The notes beneath the pieces are model-generated. The model saw nothing but the letters and a program-made list of their open reading frames with translations, was not told where the DNA came from and searched no databases. A program made the translations under genes and the position numbers. Shown one piece after another: positions 37,156 through 50,499 of a stretch of 64,000 nucleotides of DNA. The DNA comes from Octopus sinensis (taxonomy: Eukaryota). Numbering within the stretch: position 1 is the stretch's first letter; each line of letters begins with the position of its first letter. The DNA is taken from contig NC_043005.1 in assembly GCF_006345805.1 (NCBI RefSeq), forward strand, positions 108,252,001-108,316,000, written 5' to 3'.

Positions 37156-39629
37156 TTGTCAGACATTTCTAGTGGGCGAGAGTGACAAAGAAAGAAAAAA
37201 GAAGGAAAGATATACAAAACAAAGAAGAGAGAATGTGTGTACGTGTTTATGTGTGTGAGAGAGTTGTGGTTGTGGAGGAGGAGGGGTGAGAGATAGAGAA
37301 AGAAGGAAACTGAAAGTGTACAGTTATATTTTTATAATTATTTATGTGCTTGAGGGAGAGCTTGCAAGTGTAGTGGTTCTAACATCAACAATAATTGGCC
37401 CTATAATTTCTACTTTGATAAGTAAAAATCAATAATGTTATAGAGACTTATTTTCTTAACCTCAGATGACCATTTGCTGACAAACAGTTCCTCCGTCCAA
37501 GATTATAAAACCTTAAAAGGTAACATCAAATGACTTTGTTGAGTCACAGAATTCTGCTGTACTCATCCTAATTGACAAGGTATTTTAGAAAGAAATATAT
37601 ATAAAACATTCGTTTTTGAACATTCGACTTTGAGCTGTAAACAAGACCGAAATTCTCTAGTGTAATAAATAAAATATATAAATAAAAGAAGAAAAAGATG
37701 AGTAAAAAAATTCCCGTAAATACTCACAACACAAAAAAATGTGATGAGAATAAAATGAAGTAAAATCAAGCAACCAAATTTAATGAGATCAGGAAATCAA
37801 ACATTTCCGCTAAGAAAAAAAACAAAAAAACGATGTATTTTTATTTATTGTTCTTCTTGTTGTTGCAGTTATTGTTGCTGTTACTGGTGCTGCTCCTGTT
37901 GTTCTCGTTATTACTGTAGTTGATGCTGATGTTGTTGGTGATTCTCTTGTTGACACTCTTGTTGTTGGGAGAAGAAATAAGTGGTAATGTGCCTCGTACC
38001 ATGTGATTAATTGTTGAGTCAGCTACCAGCAATGAAGGTGTCTAAAGCATTTGGAAAAATACAATAAAAAAAAAAAATTTGCAAATGATTGCTAAAGCAA
38101 AATATCTATTAATGTCATTTTGGTTTTAACATTTCCCATATAAATAATTATAATTTTCTGAAATATCATTTTACTTTTGAAGTGTTTCTTCTTTTATCAC
38201 TTGTAGCCAGCTCTGTGCTTTATCAATGTTCAAAATATTTTGACTATCTGTAGATAGGTGCCATTCAGTGGTAGAATCTACTGTTGTGTGAAGAGTTGCA
38301 GTTATAATATTAATCAATGCTTGGCTGGTATGTATATCTGATTTTAACTATTGAGTATCAAACCAATTTTTAGATTACAGTATCCAGAAATTGACTGAGT
38401 TTGATCTTGTCTTATTGATCTTGGAGAAGATAAAAGGGAAATTGATCCCCTTGGATTTTTGAATTGACATTTAAAGATATATAATTAAATACGGCATGGG
38501 ATACTGCCCTCCCCACCTCATCAAAAATTTCTAACAGAAGTACAAGACAACACATTTTAGATGAAGAAGTTACAGTTGGTTATATCAACTCCAGTACTTA
38601 ACTGGAATTTTATTTTAGTAACTTCTGAAAGATGAAAGCCAAAGGAGACTTAAGCAAGATTTGAAACTCAGAATTTAAAAGAATGCAACTAAATAGAACT
38701 AGGTATTCTTAGACATATATGATACCCAACTACTGAAAATGTTTACGGACAAAAAATGCCTATGAGCAACTTAGGAGTCAGAATGAGTGAGAAATGTCCA
38801 TGTTCACCTAATGGTTAATGTACAGCTGCTCATAACTTCAAGGTATTTTGACAACAATAGTGTAACACTGGCTTGCTCTGGGTATTCAGAACCATTCTTA
38901 TAAATAATTGCTATTTCCCTAAATCTTGTTGCCCATGGTCTGACATTAATATTCAAAGCAATGTAAACTTCATACAGTTCCAGGAGAAGATCTGCTTCTC
39001 CTAGCACATTCCACTTTTCTTCCTTTGAATACATGTTTTGTAGGTGTCTTCCTCCTTTATTACCTTCTTCACTGATTTTAGCAATCTGTTAACCCGGATT
39101 ATTTTCTAATCTGTACCTCTTCATTGCAAGACAATGGTATGGTTCAGCTGGTTGTAGTTAAGGGTGAGAGTCCAAGATCATTGGTTTGCTAGACAAAGGA
39201 TGATAAAAAATATCACTTCTGTAACTTTTGGAACTTCAACCAGTGGTGCTTTGAGAATGGTATTCTCTGTAACCTGAGGCTTTTGTTAGTTGTTTTTCTT
39301 TTTTTTTTTGCAGAACCAAAAGTATAGCAAGCAAAATGCCCTGTAGTATTTATTCTGGGATTTTATTTTCTACAGTCAAATCCCTCCTAGACTGTTGCAG
39401 TATTTGTACAGGCTTTTTACATTCTGAGTGGTCAAATATATGTGACTAAATTTTTTGCATCAAACCAACAAGATGAAGTCTCATAAACTATACAGAAATG
39501 GTGAAATAAGAAACTGTATTTGTCTTTTCCCATGAAGTTTCCAAGACAGGGAGATTGTGCTTATCATGTGAAGTCATAAGGGTTCAAATATTTCTCTGAT
39601 GACAAAGAGAGATGAAGTGAATCTCCATA

Positions 39630-39662
<33 letters not shown>

Positions 39663-39731
39663 GGAGTAAACACATAAATATGAAACAAGGTGGACAAAAG
39701 AGTACTCAAATACCAGTGGTAGAGTAATATG

Positions 39732-39889
39732 CTTTATTTAAAGCAGCAGAAAATTCAACAAAACCTGTTACTCTGAGTTTCACGTTCCCATTCGTCGGAC
39801 AGTTTTTGCTAGCAAAAAGTGTCCAACGAACGGGAACATGAAACTCAGAGTAACAGGTTTTGTTGAATTTTCTGCTGCTTTAAATAAAG
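39732..39889. repeat. 158-bp loopless fold-back (79-bp arms, centre GCT|AGC) in a (TA)n context
   Basis: ctttatttaaagcagcag...tttttgct|agcaaaaa...ctgctgctttaaataaag, few mismatches. Confidence 0.9.
39760..39807 (-). ncRNA. Minimal type-I hammerhead-like motif (CCGACGA variant) in left arm
   Basis: AAAAACUGU-CCGACGA-AUG-GGAA-CGU-GAA-ACUC-A-GAGU-A-ACAG-GUUUU: helix I CUGU/ACAG (plus AAAA/UUUU), helix II with GNRA loop, helix III ACUC/GAGU, GUA site. Mutated mirror copy at 39814-39861 (+). Confidence 0.6.
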
Positions 39890-40016
39890 TATATATATAG
39901 ATAGATAGATAGATAGATATACATATATATATAAAATGTACTGTTCCATAATGGTAAGATCAGCTAAAAAGGACTCCATCTGGTGAGAAATAAATATTAT
40001 CTAATAGACACAATGT

Positions 40017-40278
40017 GGAGGCATGTGGCTTAGTGGTTAGGGTGTCAAACTCATGATCACAAGGTTGTGGTTTCGATTCCTGGACTGGACGACGCGTTGT
40101 GTTCTTGAGCAAAACACTTCATTTCACGTTGCTCCAGTCCACTCAGCTGGCAAAAATGAGTAACGCTGCGATGGACTGGCATCCCATCCAGCTGGGGAAC
40201 ACATATGCCATTGAAACCAGGAAACCGGGCCCATGAGACTGACTAGGCTTTAAAAAGGCGCGTTTATTATTTTATTTT
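40017..40278 (+). mobile_element. SINE family D (tRNA head, V-domain-like core)
   Basis: A-box TGGCTTAGTGG, B-box GGTTTCGATTCC, and ctgcgatggactggcatcccatccag, which is V-SINE-like. Confidence 0.85.
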
Positions 40279-40669
40279 AATAGACACAATACATAGTTTT
40301 ATGTGTTACTAATTGTTTCATACATTGAGAAATATCTTAAACATATTCCTAAGCCACAAACAACATACGAACTAAAAATTGAATGAGTATCTGTGTGCAC
40401 GCATGCATGTGTGTGTGTGTGCATGTGCACATGCACATACAAATAGAGATACTCAAGTATATATATGCACAACACATATATTATTCAGTTGTAAAGTTAA
40501 ACAAATGACTCAAGGGCCAAGTATTTCTTACTTTGCACTTAACAGAGTGATTAGTGCAAAACTTTGGAGTCTTCAGTGACTTACGAAACTTTACAGCCAA
40601 ATAAAAGCATACACATGCTCTCAAGAATTGATTTCTTTTTCTCCTGTTTGTTCCGCTGCACCAACATGT

Positions 40670-40671
40670 GC

Positions 40672-40749
<78 letters not shown>

Positions 40750-40808
40750 AGTGTGTGTGTACGTATATATATATTATATATGTCTCTGTGTATGTATCTA
40801 TCTATCTA

Positions 40809-40843
<35 letters not shown>

Positions 40844-40930
40844 ATATATATATACAAATACACATATACACATGTACACACATACACGCACACACACACG
40901 TGCGCACGCAAACATACACACACACATTCT
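40670..40930. repeat. (TA)n/(TG)n/(CA)n
   Basis: Direct inspection. Confidence 0.9.
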
Positions 40931-41104
40931 TACTGCTTGAGTAAACAGGATTGCAAGGAAATTCTAAGCAACAGCCCTAAATGCATCAATTGAGTAAATT
41001 TAATAATTATATTCTACAACATATATTAAGAAGGGTTTTTTACTTTTACCTGTTCATTTTATAATATACACACATACATAGGTTCATCTCTGTCTGTCTA
41101 TCTC

Positions 41105-41181
<77 letters not shown>

Positions 41182-41639
41182 GAAAGAGAGAGAGAGAGGG
41201 AGAAAGAGAGAATGTCAGACAGAGAAGGTTTTTCTAGGTATGTAATTTCTGTTTAAGATATGAAGGTTGATATTTTTGTCTATTTTACTGCCTAGATTTT
41301 TGTTTCATTCGGTTTTTCGTATGCATATATATATATATATATATATAATGCACACATACTCATCTGTAGTACATCTGAATATTTGGTACCTTCAAAAACT
41401 GCATTCTTCAAGTGTACTGCACCCCTTTATTTCCAATTCTAACTTGTCTGTCAAATCACATCAAAACACCCCATTTTTTTTTTAAGGAAGAAAGAAAAAT
41501 ATAAAACTAATATTAAATAAATCTATAAAAAAATAAACTAAAATATCATAATGCATATGTCATTTCTAACCTTACATGAACCTATAAAACAAATAGCTAT
41601 GGTTGTGTATATAGAAGCAGCACACAAGCATTTAAATAA

Positions 41640-41723
41640 ATGTATGCACGTACATGCATAGACGTATACATTTATATGCATAGATGTATACATATATGTA
41701 TATGCATATATATTATATATATA

Positions 41724-41768
<45 letters not shown>

Positions 41769-41770
41769 AT

Positions 41771-41822
<52 letters not shown>

Positions 41823-41877
41823 ACGTATATATATATATATACATATATGTATATATATATACATATATATATACGTA

Positions 41878-41908
<31 letters not shown>

Positions 41909-42050
41909 GTATATATATACATATATGTATCCATATATGTATCCATATACATATATATATGTAGGTATGTATATATGTATAAAATCATATATATATTCGT
42001 CCATATATATATATGTGTGTGTGCGTGTGTGTGTGTGTGCGTGTGTGATG
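41640..42050. repeat. (TA)n-rich microsatellite
   Basis: Direct inspection. Confidence 0.9.
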
Positions 42051-42212
42051 TGAAAAATGTTGGTGGCCTTTTTTAAGCATGCATGATTTCTTTGATGGCA
42101 CTAAAACCTTTATGTCAGCTGTCTAGAATCTTCCACCAAGAGAATTTGAATGTTTGGATTCCCTGGCAGTAGTATTCCTCAAAGAGTCTGGATTCTTAAT
42201 GCTATTTTTAAT

Positions 42213-42252
<40 letters not shown>

Positions 42253-42774
42253 ATACACACACACTGTTTCTATTCGAACAACCTTGGTTTAGTTTTTCTC
42301 CAAATGCTCAAGAGTATGATAAAAAAACTATAGCCATTTGATTTCATAATTTAATGTAAAGTGAAGTTATTACATATTCATTATATTGCTTCTATTTATT
42401 ATTGTCAGTTATAATATTTCGGTCGATGATGTTGTTGTTGTTAATGTTAGACTTCATTCTGGATACTGTTGTTTTAAATCTTTTTATTACATTATGTTTC
42501 AAATTTTTTTATTGATTTTTTTAAATATTTCTTTTTGATATGTTTTGTTTTGTTTTCGAGAAGACATTTCATATTGTGTTTATTCTTCAGGTTAATTTTC
42601 TTTGTAAGTTTTCTTTTCTCTCTTTTTTTTTCCTTAAATTTTTCTTATTGTTTGATATTCAAAGTATTTGGTACGGTAGATATGATGGGGGGCAGGTTTG
42701 TACACAGAAAAGGAATTGCAATTGGGACGTAAATTTTCTTTTATTTTTCATAATAATCATGAAAATTTCAGATT

Positions 42775-42828
42775 TTGTATCTATCTATCTATCCATCTAT
42801 CTATCTATCTACCTACCTACCTACCTAT

Positions 42829-42863
<35 letters not shown>

Positions 42864-42884
42864 ATCTATTCATCTATCTATCTG

Positions 42885-42916
<32 letters not shown>

Positions 42917-42960
42917 CCTACTACCTACCTACCTACCTACCTACCTACCTACCTACCTAC

Positions 42961-43003
<43 letters not shown>

Positions 43004-43335
43004 ATCTATTCATCTATCTATCTGTCTATCTATCATCTATTTATCTCTCTATCTCTTTATCTAGTATACATACATATAAATGCATACACACACATACATA
43101 CATACATACACACATACATATGCACACACATGTACCTTGTTATCTATCTATCAACTAGTTTTACTATTTATCTACTTAGCTGCCTGTCCATTTTTCTTTC
43201 AATTAATCTATCTCTTTATCTATCTACTTATTTATCTCTCTCTCTGTATACATACATACATACACACACATACATATATATATATATATACACACTCATA
43301 CATACATACACACACACAGACACGCACTCACACAT
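42775..43335. repeat. (TATC)n/(TACC)n/(TACA)n, with higher-order duplication
   Basis: The block cttatctattcatctatctatctgtctatc recurs at about 42861 and 43001. Confidence 0.9.
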
Positions 43336-43695
43336 ATACATTCCTACTTGCAGGTTCAAACTTGAAGCAGCAACAACTAAAATGACAACAACAAGAGCAG
43401 CCAATTTAAGACAATGAAATGGAAGGCATCAGGTTGATTCTAATACAGCTTGACTCCATCAAAATTTCCTCTCCCTACCATTGTTCCATGGAAAAGGATA
43501 GAATATTGTAAAAATGTAAAAATTCTAAAACAATCTTTTTTTTACTTATTTATTTATTTATATTGCTTTGTTGTGCAATGGAAAGGAATGTGATTGGATT
43601 TAAACAACAATAACTGTATTAATAACGATGAATGATAATAAATATGCAAATGTATAAATGTAGAAATATACAAATAGACACACATATATACGCAT

Positions 43696-43739
<44 letters not shown>

Positions 43740-43836
43740 ATTTAAAAAATGTAAAATAAAATTCTAAATAAAAAAAATAGAATTGTAACCAATTTTTATA
43801 TTGCCTTGTTGTTTTTGTATGAATATAGATGAAGGA

Positions 43837-43871
<35 letters not shown>

Positions 43872-44039
43872 CATCATCATCATTATTATTTCTGTGTTGT
43901 CCATGACTTATTTTGAAGTGACATATGATAATAATGATTTAAAATATAAGCTATTTTTGATGAAATATGCAATTTACCTCTGAATCTTTATCTAGTCCCA
44001 TCAGATAGATAATTACTATATACATACATAAATGATATG

Positions 44040-44066
44040 TGTGTGACATACATACATACACACACA

Positions 44067-44157
<91 letters not shown>

Positions 44158-44224
44158 ATGTATGTATGTATGCATGTATGTATGTATGTATGTATGTATA
44201 TATATATATTATATATATATATAT

Positions 44225-44257
<33 letters not shown>

Positions 44258-44282
44258 ATATATGCATGTGTGTGTGTGTGTA
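44040..44282. repeat. (CATA)n/(TA)n/(TATG)n
   Basis: Direct inspection. Confidence 0.9.
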
Positions 44283-44687
44283 TGCACTCATATATAGCAA
44301 GCGAGCTACAGAAAAAGGAAAGAGATACTCTGTTATTTTTGTAGAAATCTGTAGTGTATCCTTATTGTCTTTTAAATTGTCATTTTGGAGAAATTCCCTC
44401 GTAATTTAAAAAAAAAAAAGAATATGTAATTCCTCATGTAGAATTCATAGCACAAACTTATGGACAACTTTAATCAAACCCAATCAATCTCTCCATTCTG
44501 TTGATCTGTAATGCAAGCTGCTCATGCATCCATCCAGATCTTGACATATTAACACAACAAACAATACAAAAATGACAAGCAAATGAGATAGGGGAAGATT
44601 TTGTGAGAAGTTATGTTTGGTATAGGCATGGGTTCCATGTAGCCTAAGTAAGACACTACTCACTTCGAGCAGAAGCTTATGTATGGA

Positions 44688-45030
44688 TCATCATCATCAT
44701 CATCTTTTAACGTCCGCTTTCCATGCTAGCATGGGTTGGATGATTAGACTGAGGACTGGCGAATCGGATAGTTGCACCAAGCTCAAATCTTGATCTGGCA
44801 GAGTTCTACAGCTGGATGCCCTTTCTAATGCCAACCACTCTGAGAGTGAAGTGGGTGCTTTTACGCGCCACCGGTTTGGGGCCAGTCAGGCGGTACTGGC
44901 AACGACCTCGCTTGTATGTTTTTACACGTGTCACCGGCACAAGTGTCAGTAAGGCAACACTGGTAACGATCACGCTCGAATGGCGCCTTTTACATGCCAC
45001 CAGCATGGAAGCCAGTTAGCTGCTCTGGCA
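44688..45030 (-). mobile_element. Family E copy
   Basis: (cat)n-ttttaacgtccgctttccatgctagcatgggttgg... Confidence 0.85.
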
Positions 45031-45389
45031 ACGGAAGCCAGTTAGCTGCTAACAATGAACCAACCATCAGAAACAAGATTGTTGTTAATAAGCCCCTAGG
45101 TCAACACATGTTGGGCAGAACCTAAGGTGAAAGCATTCTTCCAAATATGACAACCCATGGTTTATTTAGTTATAATTTAGTGAGGATTACACTATGTAAT
45201 AAATCATTCATATTTGAATGAATATAATTTGGGATTTGAAGAAAATTTGGTTTCTATTTCTAGCAGAAAAATTTCACATAGCTAGACCAGCAAATAACAA
45301 CTTCACTTTAATGATGAGAATGTTTGTTTACATCCATCATGTGATGTCTAGAAAAGGGTACCCACAAATACATATGCACACACATATGT

Positions 45390-45592
45390 GGCGAGCTGGC
45401 AGAACTGTTAGTATGCCGGGCGAAATGCATAGCCGTATTTTGTCTGCCGCTACATTCTGAGTTCAAATTCTGCCAAGCTCAACTTTGCCTTTCATCCTTT
45501 CGGGCTTGATAAATTAAGTACCAGTTACGCATTGGGGTCGATGTAATCGACTTAATCCATATGTTTAGCAACTTGTGGGTAATAAAAAAAAA
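45390..45592 (+). mobile_element. SINE family A, CpG-decayed
   Basis: ggcgagctggcagaactg...caaattctgccaagctcaactttgcc. Confidence 0.8.
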
Positions 45593-45991
45593 ACACATAT
45601 GCACACACATGCAGGCAGTTACATTAACACACACATGCACACACACACAACATACATGTATGCACACACTTCTTTTCTAATCCATTCACAAGGCTTTGGT
45701 TGGCCAGGAGTTATGGTAGAAACAATCGTCTAAGGTGCCACTGAAGCTAAACCCAGAACTCATCGTTGGGAAGCAAGCTTCTTACCCACAACCATATCTA
45801 AGTAATACATTGAGCTATGAAACCACTTATGTTAGTTATATAAGAACACTCATCAAGCTCTCAAGAACAACTTTTCATTGCTACAGAAGAAAATGGAAGT
45901 CGTTTAAAATGTTTGGATTATTGTGGTATTTTAAATATAATGAAGGAGAAAAGATAACTCAAATTCTGATCTAAGGAGTTCTTTTCCATTT

Positions 45992-46255
45992 CATCTTCAT
46001 CATCATCATCATCATCATCGTCGTCGTCGTCGTCTTTTAACGTCCGCTTTCCATGCTAGCATGGGTTGGACGATTTGACTGAGGTCTAGCGAACCAGATG
46101 GCTGCACCAGGCTCCAATGTGATCTGGCAGAGTTTCTATGGCTGGATGCCCTTCTTAATGCCAACCACTCTGAGAGTGTAGTGGGTGCTTTTACATGCCA
46201 CCGGCACGAGGGCCAGTCAGGCGGCACTGGCAGCAGCCACGCTCAAAAGGTGCTT
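45992..46255 (-). mobile_element. Family E copy
   Basis: (cat)n(cgt)n-ttttaacgtccgctttccatgctagc... Confidence 0.85.
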
Positions 46256-46651
46256 TGTTCGATAATATTTGTTACTAAAAAGTGAGACATAAGGTTATGG
46301 CTAAATTAAGAAAATAAATAATAATGAATAATGGAACAGTCAGATGGAGGAACAGAAAGACATACACACGTATACATACACTCACGCAGGCACGCCGCAT
46401 GCACACACACACTTCAAATGTACCCACATCTTTCTGTTGTAAGTGCATTTTGTCAGTTTTATATTCTGCTGTTTCAAAATTTTAGGGCTTATCTCGTTGT
46501 TTTGTACTTCTAAGAACACGAGTTCAACTTGTGATGTGAGTAATATAACTAATAACGAAAGGTGAGGGCCTTTCCTCATATATTTACATGGGCAGAGCAT
46601 GATTAAAGGCTTTCTAACTTTGACAAACCCAGCTTTTATATTTTTTCACAA

Positions 46652-46882
46652 GGCAGCGAGCTGGCAGAAATGTTAGCATGCCGGGTGAAATGCGTAGCTG
46701 TATTTCGTCTGCTGTTATGTGTGAGTTCAAATTCCGCCGAGGTTGACTTTGTCTTTCATCTTTTTGGAGTCGATAAATAAAGTACCAGTTTCACTCTGGG
46801 GTCGATGTAATCGACTTAATCCCTTTGTCTGTTCTTGTTTGTCTCCTCTATGTTTAGACCCTTGTGGGCAATAAAGAAATAT
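46652..46882 (+). mobile_element. SINE family A full-length (tail A1)
   Basis: ggcagcgagctggcagaaatgttagc ... gtgggcaataaagaaata. Confidence 0.9.
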
Positions 46883-46908
46883 ATATTTTTTCTCAAATGG
46901 TATACTAA

Positions 46909-47302
46909 GCAGGAGTGGCTGTGTGGTAAGTAGCTTGTTTACCAACCACATGGTTCCGGGTTCAGTCCCACTGTGTGGCACCTTGGGCAAGTGTCTTCCA
47001 CTATAGCCTCGAGCCGACCAAAGCCTTGTGAGTGGATTTGGTAGACGGAAACTGAAAGAAGCCCATCGTATATATATATATGTATGTGCGTGTATGTTTG
47101 TCTCCCTAGCATTGCTTGACAACCGATGCTGGTGTGTTTATGTCCCCGTCACTTAGCGGTTCAGCAAAAGAGACCGATAGAATAAGTACTGGGCTTACAA
47201 AGAATAAATTCCGGGGTCGAGTTGCTCAATTAAAGGCGGTGCTCCAGCATGGCTGCAGTCAAATGACTGAAACAAGTAAAAGAGTAAAAGAGTAAAAGAG
47301 AG
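46909..47302 (+). mobile_element. SINE family B full-length
   Basis: caggagtggctgtgtgg ... aacaagtaaaagagtaaaagag. Confidence 0.9.
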
Positions 47303-47565
47303 TACCTAGATCTAAATCATTCAATGTGATCTTCTTTCCATAACATAGTATGATATGATTCAAGGTAGATTTAACTGTTATTATTAGATTCAGTCATCTG
47401 TCTGATAAAATGTTTTTATCACATCCTCATAAAACGGTGAATCTCAAACTGAAAGGACTATTATTTCCACACTAAATTCATTTACTCAAGTGTATCTGCA
47501 TAAAAGCATTTGTGAATGGATATATAACTGTTAATATCAATGCATTGATGAGTGCATGCATTTCT

Positions 47566-47683
47566 GCATATGGCCATATCACATTGAAAGCATTGGTTCT
47601 CATCCGATCACTGAAGTTAAGCAACATCAAGCCTAGTTAATACTTAGATGGGTGACCACTTGAGAAACCTAGGTGCTGTAAGT
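47566..47683 (+). pseudogene. 5S rRNA pseudogene, full length, CpG-decayed
   Basis: ggccatatcacattgaaagcattggttctcatccgatcactgaagttaagcaacatcaagcctagttaatacttagatgggtgaccacttgagaaacctaggtgctgta aligns end to end with metazoan 5S. No oligo-T terminator follows. Confidence 0.9.
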
Positions 47684-47694
47684 GTCACACATTA

Positions 47695-48081
47695 TAGGTG
47701 TAGGAGTGGCTGCGTGGTAAGTAGCTTGCCTACCAATCACATGGTTCTGGGTTCAGTCCCACTACATGGCACCTTGGGCAAGTGTCTTCTACTATAGCCT
47801 CTGGCCGACCAAAGCCTTATGAGTGGATTCGGTAGACAGAAAGTGAAAGAAGCCCATCATATATATGAATATATATATATATATGACCTCGTGTGTACCG
47901 TTGGCGAATTTTTGCCTCTGCCTTCCCTTCTCTGGATCTTTCCTTCTCCTATGTTTCCGACGAAGAGCTCCACTCGAAACGTTAAACCCTCCTTCTTTCC
48001 TTCTTTCCTGAGCGTTCAATAATACTATATTTGTTCCACGTCCCCGCGTTGTTGTGTTTTTTGTGCTTTCTTGTTTGGATG

Positions 48082-48139
<58 letters not shown>

Positions 48140-48368
48140 ATATGTTTTTGTGTCTGTGTTTGTCCCCACAGCATCACTTGACAGCCGATGCTGGCGTGTT
48201 TACGACCCCGTAACTTAGTGGTTTGGCAAAAGAGACCTATAGAATAAGTACTAGGCTTACAAAGAATAAGTCCTGGGTTCGATTTGCTCGACTAAAAGGT
48301 GGTGCTCCCGCATGGTCGCAGTCAAATGACAGAAACAAGTAAAAGAGTAAAAGAGAGTAAAGAGTAAA
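47695..48368 (+). mobile_element. SINE family B interrupted by a family F remnant
   Basis: B head and core 47695-47870, F insert 47884-48085 in the internal (TA)n, B 3' half resumes near 48140. Confidence 0.85.
47884..48085 (+). mobile_element. Family F remnant with hammerhead-like motif (47953-47987, helix II broken by CpG-to-CpA)
   Basis: GUUU-CCGACGA-A-GAGC-UCC-ACUC-GAAAC-GUU-AAAC. Confidence 0.7.
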
Positions 48369-48599
48369 TATACACTCGTGCATGAGCATGTGTGAGTTTG
48401 TATATTCACAAAAGTCTCAATATATTATGTAGATTTCATGTGTGCATTTACATACGTCTGTATGCAAATCTGCATGTGTCTCTTTCACTAGGTTTACCTG
48501 TATACACTTGCATGTATATCCAGATGTGCATGTTTGTACATGTATATCCATGTGTATAATTATTATCACATATAAATGCATGCAGATCTTTGTAGAGGC

Positions 48600-48711
48600 A
48601 TGTAAATTATGACATGTTTATAGTATCCATGATAAGAATAAATTACATTGCATGTATGAGTATATGTGTGTATGTTTATATACATACATATGAAGGTGTA
48701 TGTGTGTGTGA

Positions 48712-48747
<36 letters not shown>

Positions 48748-48813
48748 CATACATATATGTATGTATACATACATATACATACTTGCACACACACATTTAT
48801 CCATACATATATA

Positions 48814-48847
<34 letters not shown>

Positions 48848-49135
48848 CATATATTTATATACATATATATATACACACACATACACACACACACACAACA
48901 CACATATACATATAAGCACATGCATATACTTATATGTAGCCATGTGTATCTATTCATACATACATTATTATTTTTTTGTTTTTGTAAATACATATAAACA
49001 TTAGTGTATATATATACTCAGTCACACATGTCTGTTTATGTTTACTACATGCACACACACTTATATACACATGTACATGCTCGTGTGTATGTGTGAGTAT
49101 GCATGAAGTACGTGTGAGTACGTGTGAGTACGTGT
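48600..49135. repeat. (TA)n/(CA)n/(TG)n-rich low-complexity tract
   Basis: Direct inspection. Confidence 0.85.
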
Positions 49136-49684
49136 GAAGAATTCATTGTTATGTCTTTAGACATTTTCTTTCTTTTTATCCCTTAACATTGCATTTTTCC
49201 CAGTTTCCTCAATTAGGCCACAGAAATTAAGTTAACCCAATGCATTCGTCAGCATAATGTTGTAGATGCTGTTGTGAAAGTCGCTGTGTCACACCAATAC
49301 AAAGAAATATTTGTCTTGGTCTTTGTTGAAGGCTTCGGACTCTTGGGATTTGGTAAATGTATAGAATTGTATCTAGAAATAACTATAGAAGCTTGTCAAA
49401 GATGGGACACAATATCAAGAAGTTGGAAACATTGCTGATTAGTTTAAAAACGGGGAAAGAAGGAAGAGAATGATTAAAAAGAAAACGAAAGGGTATTGTA
49501 AAGAAAGAAAAGAATAAAAAAGAATAAGAAACAGGGATGGAAATGATTGATGAACGAGAAGAAGAATAGAAGAAAAATGGTGAAAGAATTCTTTGGCAAA
49601 GGTACTGTTTTCTTCCTTCCAGAAAAAATAGCATCAAATATTTTCATTTCCTGATCAGTACACACACACACACACACAGACACA

Positions 49685-49723
<39 letters not shown>

Positions 49724-50109
49724 GCACACACACGCACACAAACAAGCGTACATTCACGCACATGTGTATGTATGTGTATCAGAATGTTTCTCTGTATTTG
49801 TGTGCATTTATATAGTCTTGTATGTAGTTTTGCTTGTACAGTCATACATGCATCTATGTATGACCAGTTGTATATACATCAGTGCATGTATTACAAATTT
49901 GAGATATCAGAATCACTAAGGTGCTACTCACCTAGATAGCAGCGAATTTCTTACCCAAGAACTATATACCCAGTTGTGCATTTAAATTTCAGATTGTCTT
50001 TGAATGTTTATTTTCCGTTTTTGTTTTATCCTGGTGTTTGCTAAGATATCTAGTTTCTAATGAAATACCTTTCAAGCCTATACTATCTACATATCATGTC
50101 ACCGAGCAG

Positions 50110-50464
50110 TGGTTCATTATCTGGTCTGAAGTGCGCGGTGCATGTCGAGCACCTTTGCGGGTGCCGATGCATGACCCTTAGTCAAGAACAGTGTCGGTTG
50201 GGGAGTTTGATTGAGGTGGTATGTCTGTCAAACGGTAACGCAGGTGTCCCAAGGCGAGCTCAGCGTGGACAGAAACCACACATTGAGCAAAAGGGCAAAA
50301 GCTCGCTCAATCTCGATTTTCAGTACAAATACGGACCATGAAAGCGTGGTCCATCGATCCTTTCCAAATTACAGTGGTGAGCTATGCGTCCACCAAGAGG
50401 TGTCAGAAAAGTTACCACAGTTATGACTGGCTTGTGGCAGCCAAGCATTCGCAGCGACGTCGCA

Positions 50465-50499
<35 letters not shown>

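Noticed and set aside
49217-49352. Exon-like frame ATEIKLTQCIRQHNVVDAVVKVAVSHQYKEIFVLVFVEGFGLLGF with a GTAAAT donor
   Set aside because: The stronger acceptor at 49203 gives stops in all frames, and no homolog is recognised. Not supportable without RNA data.
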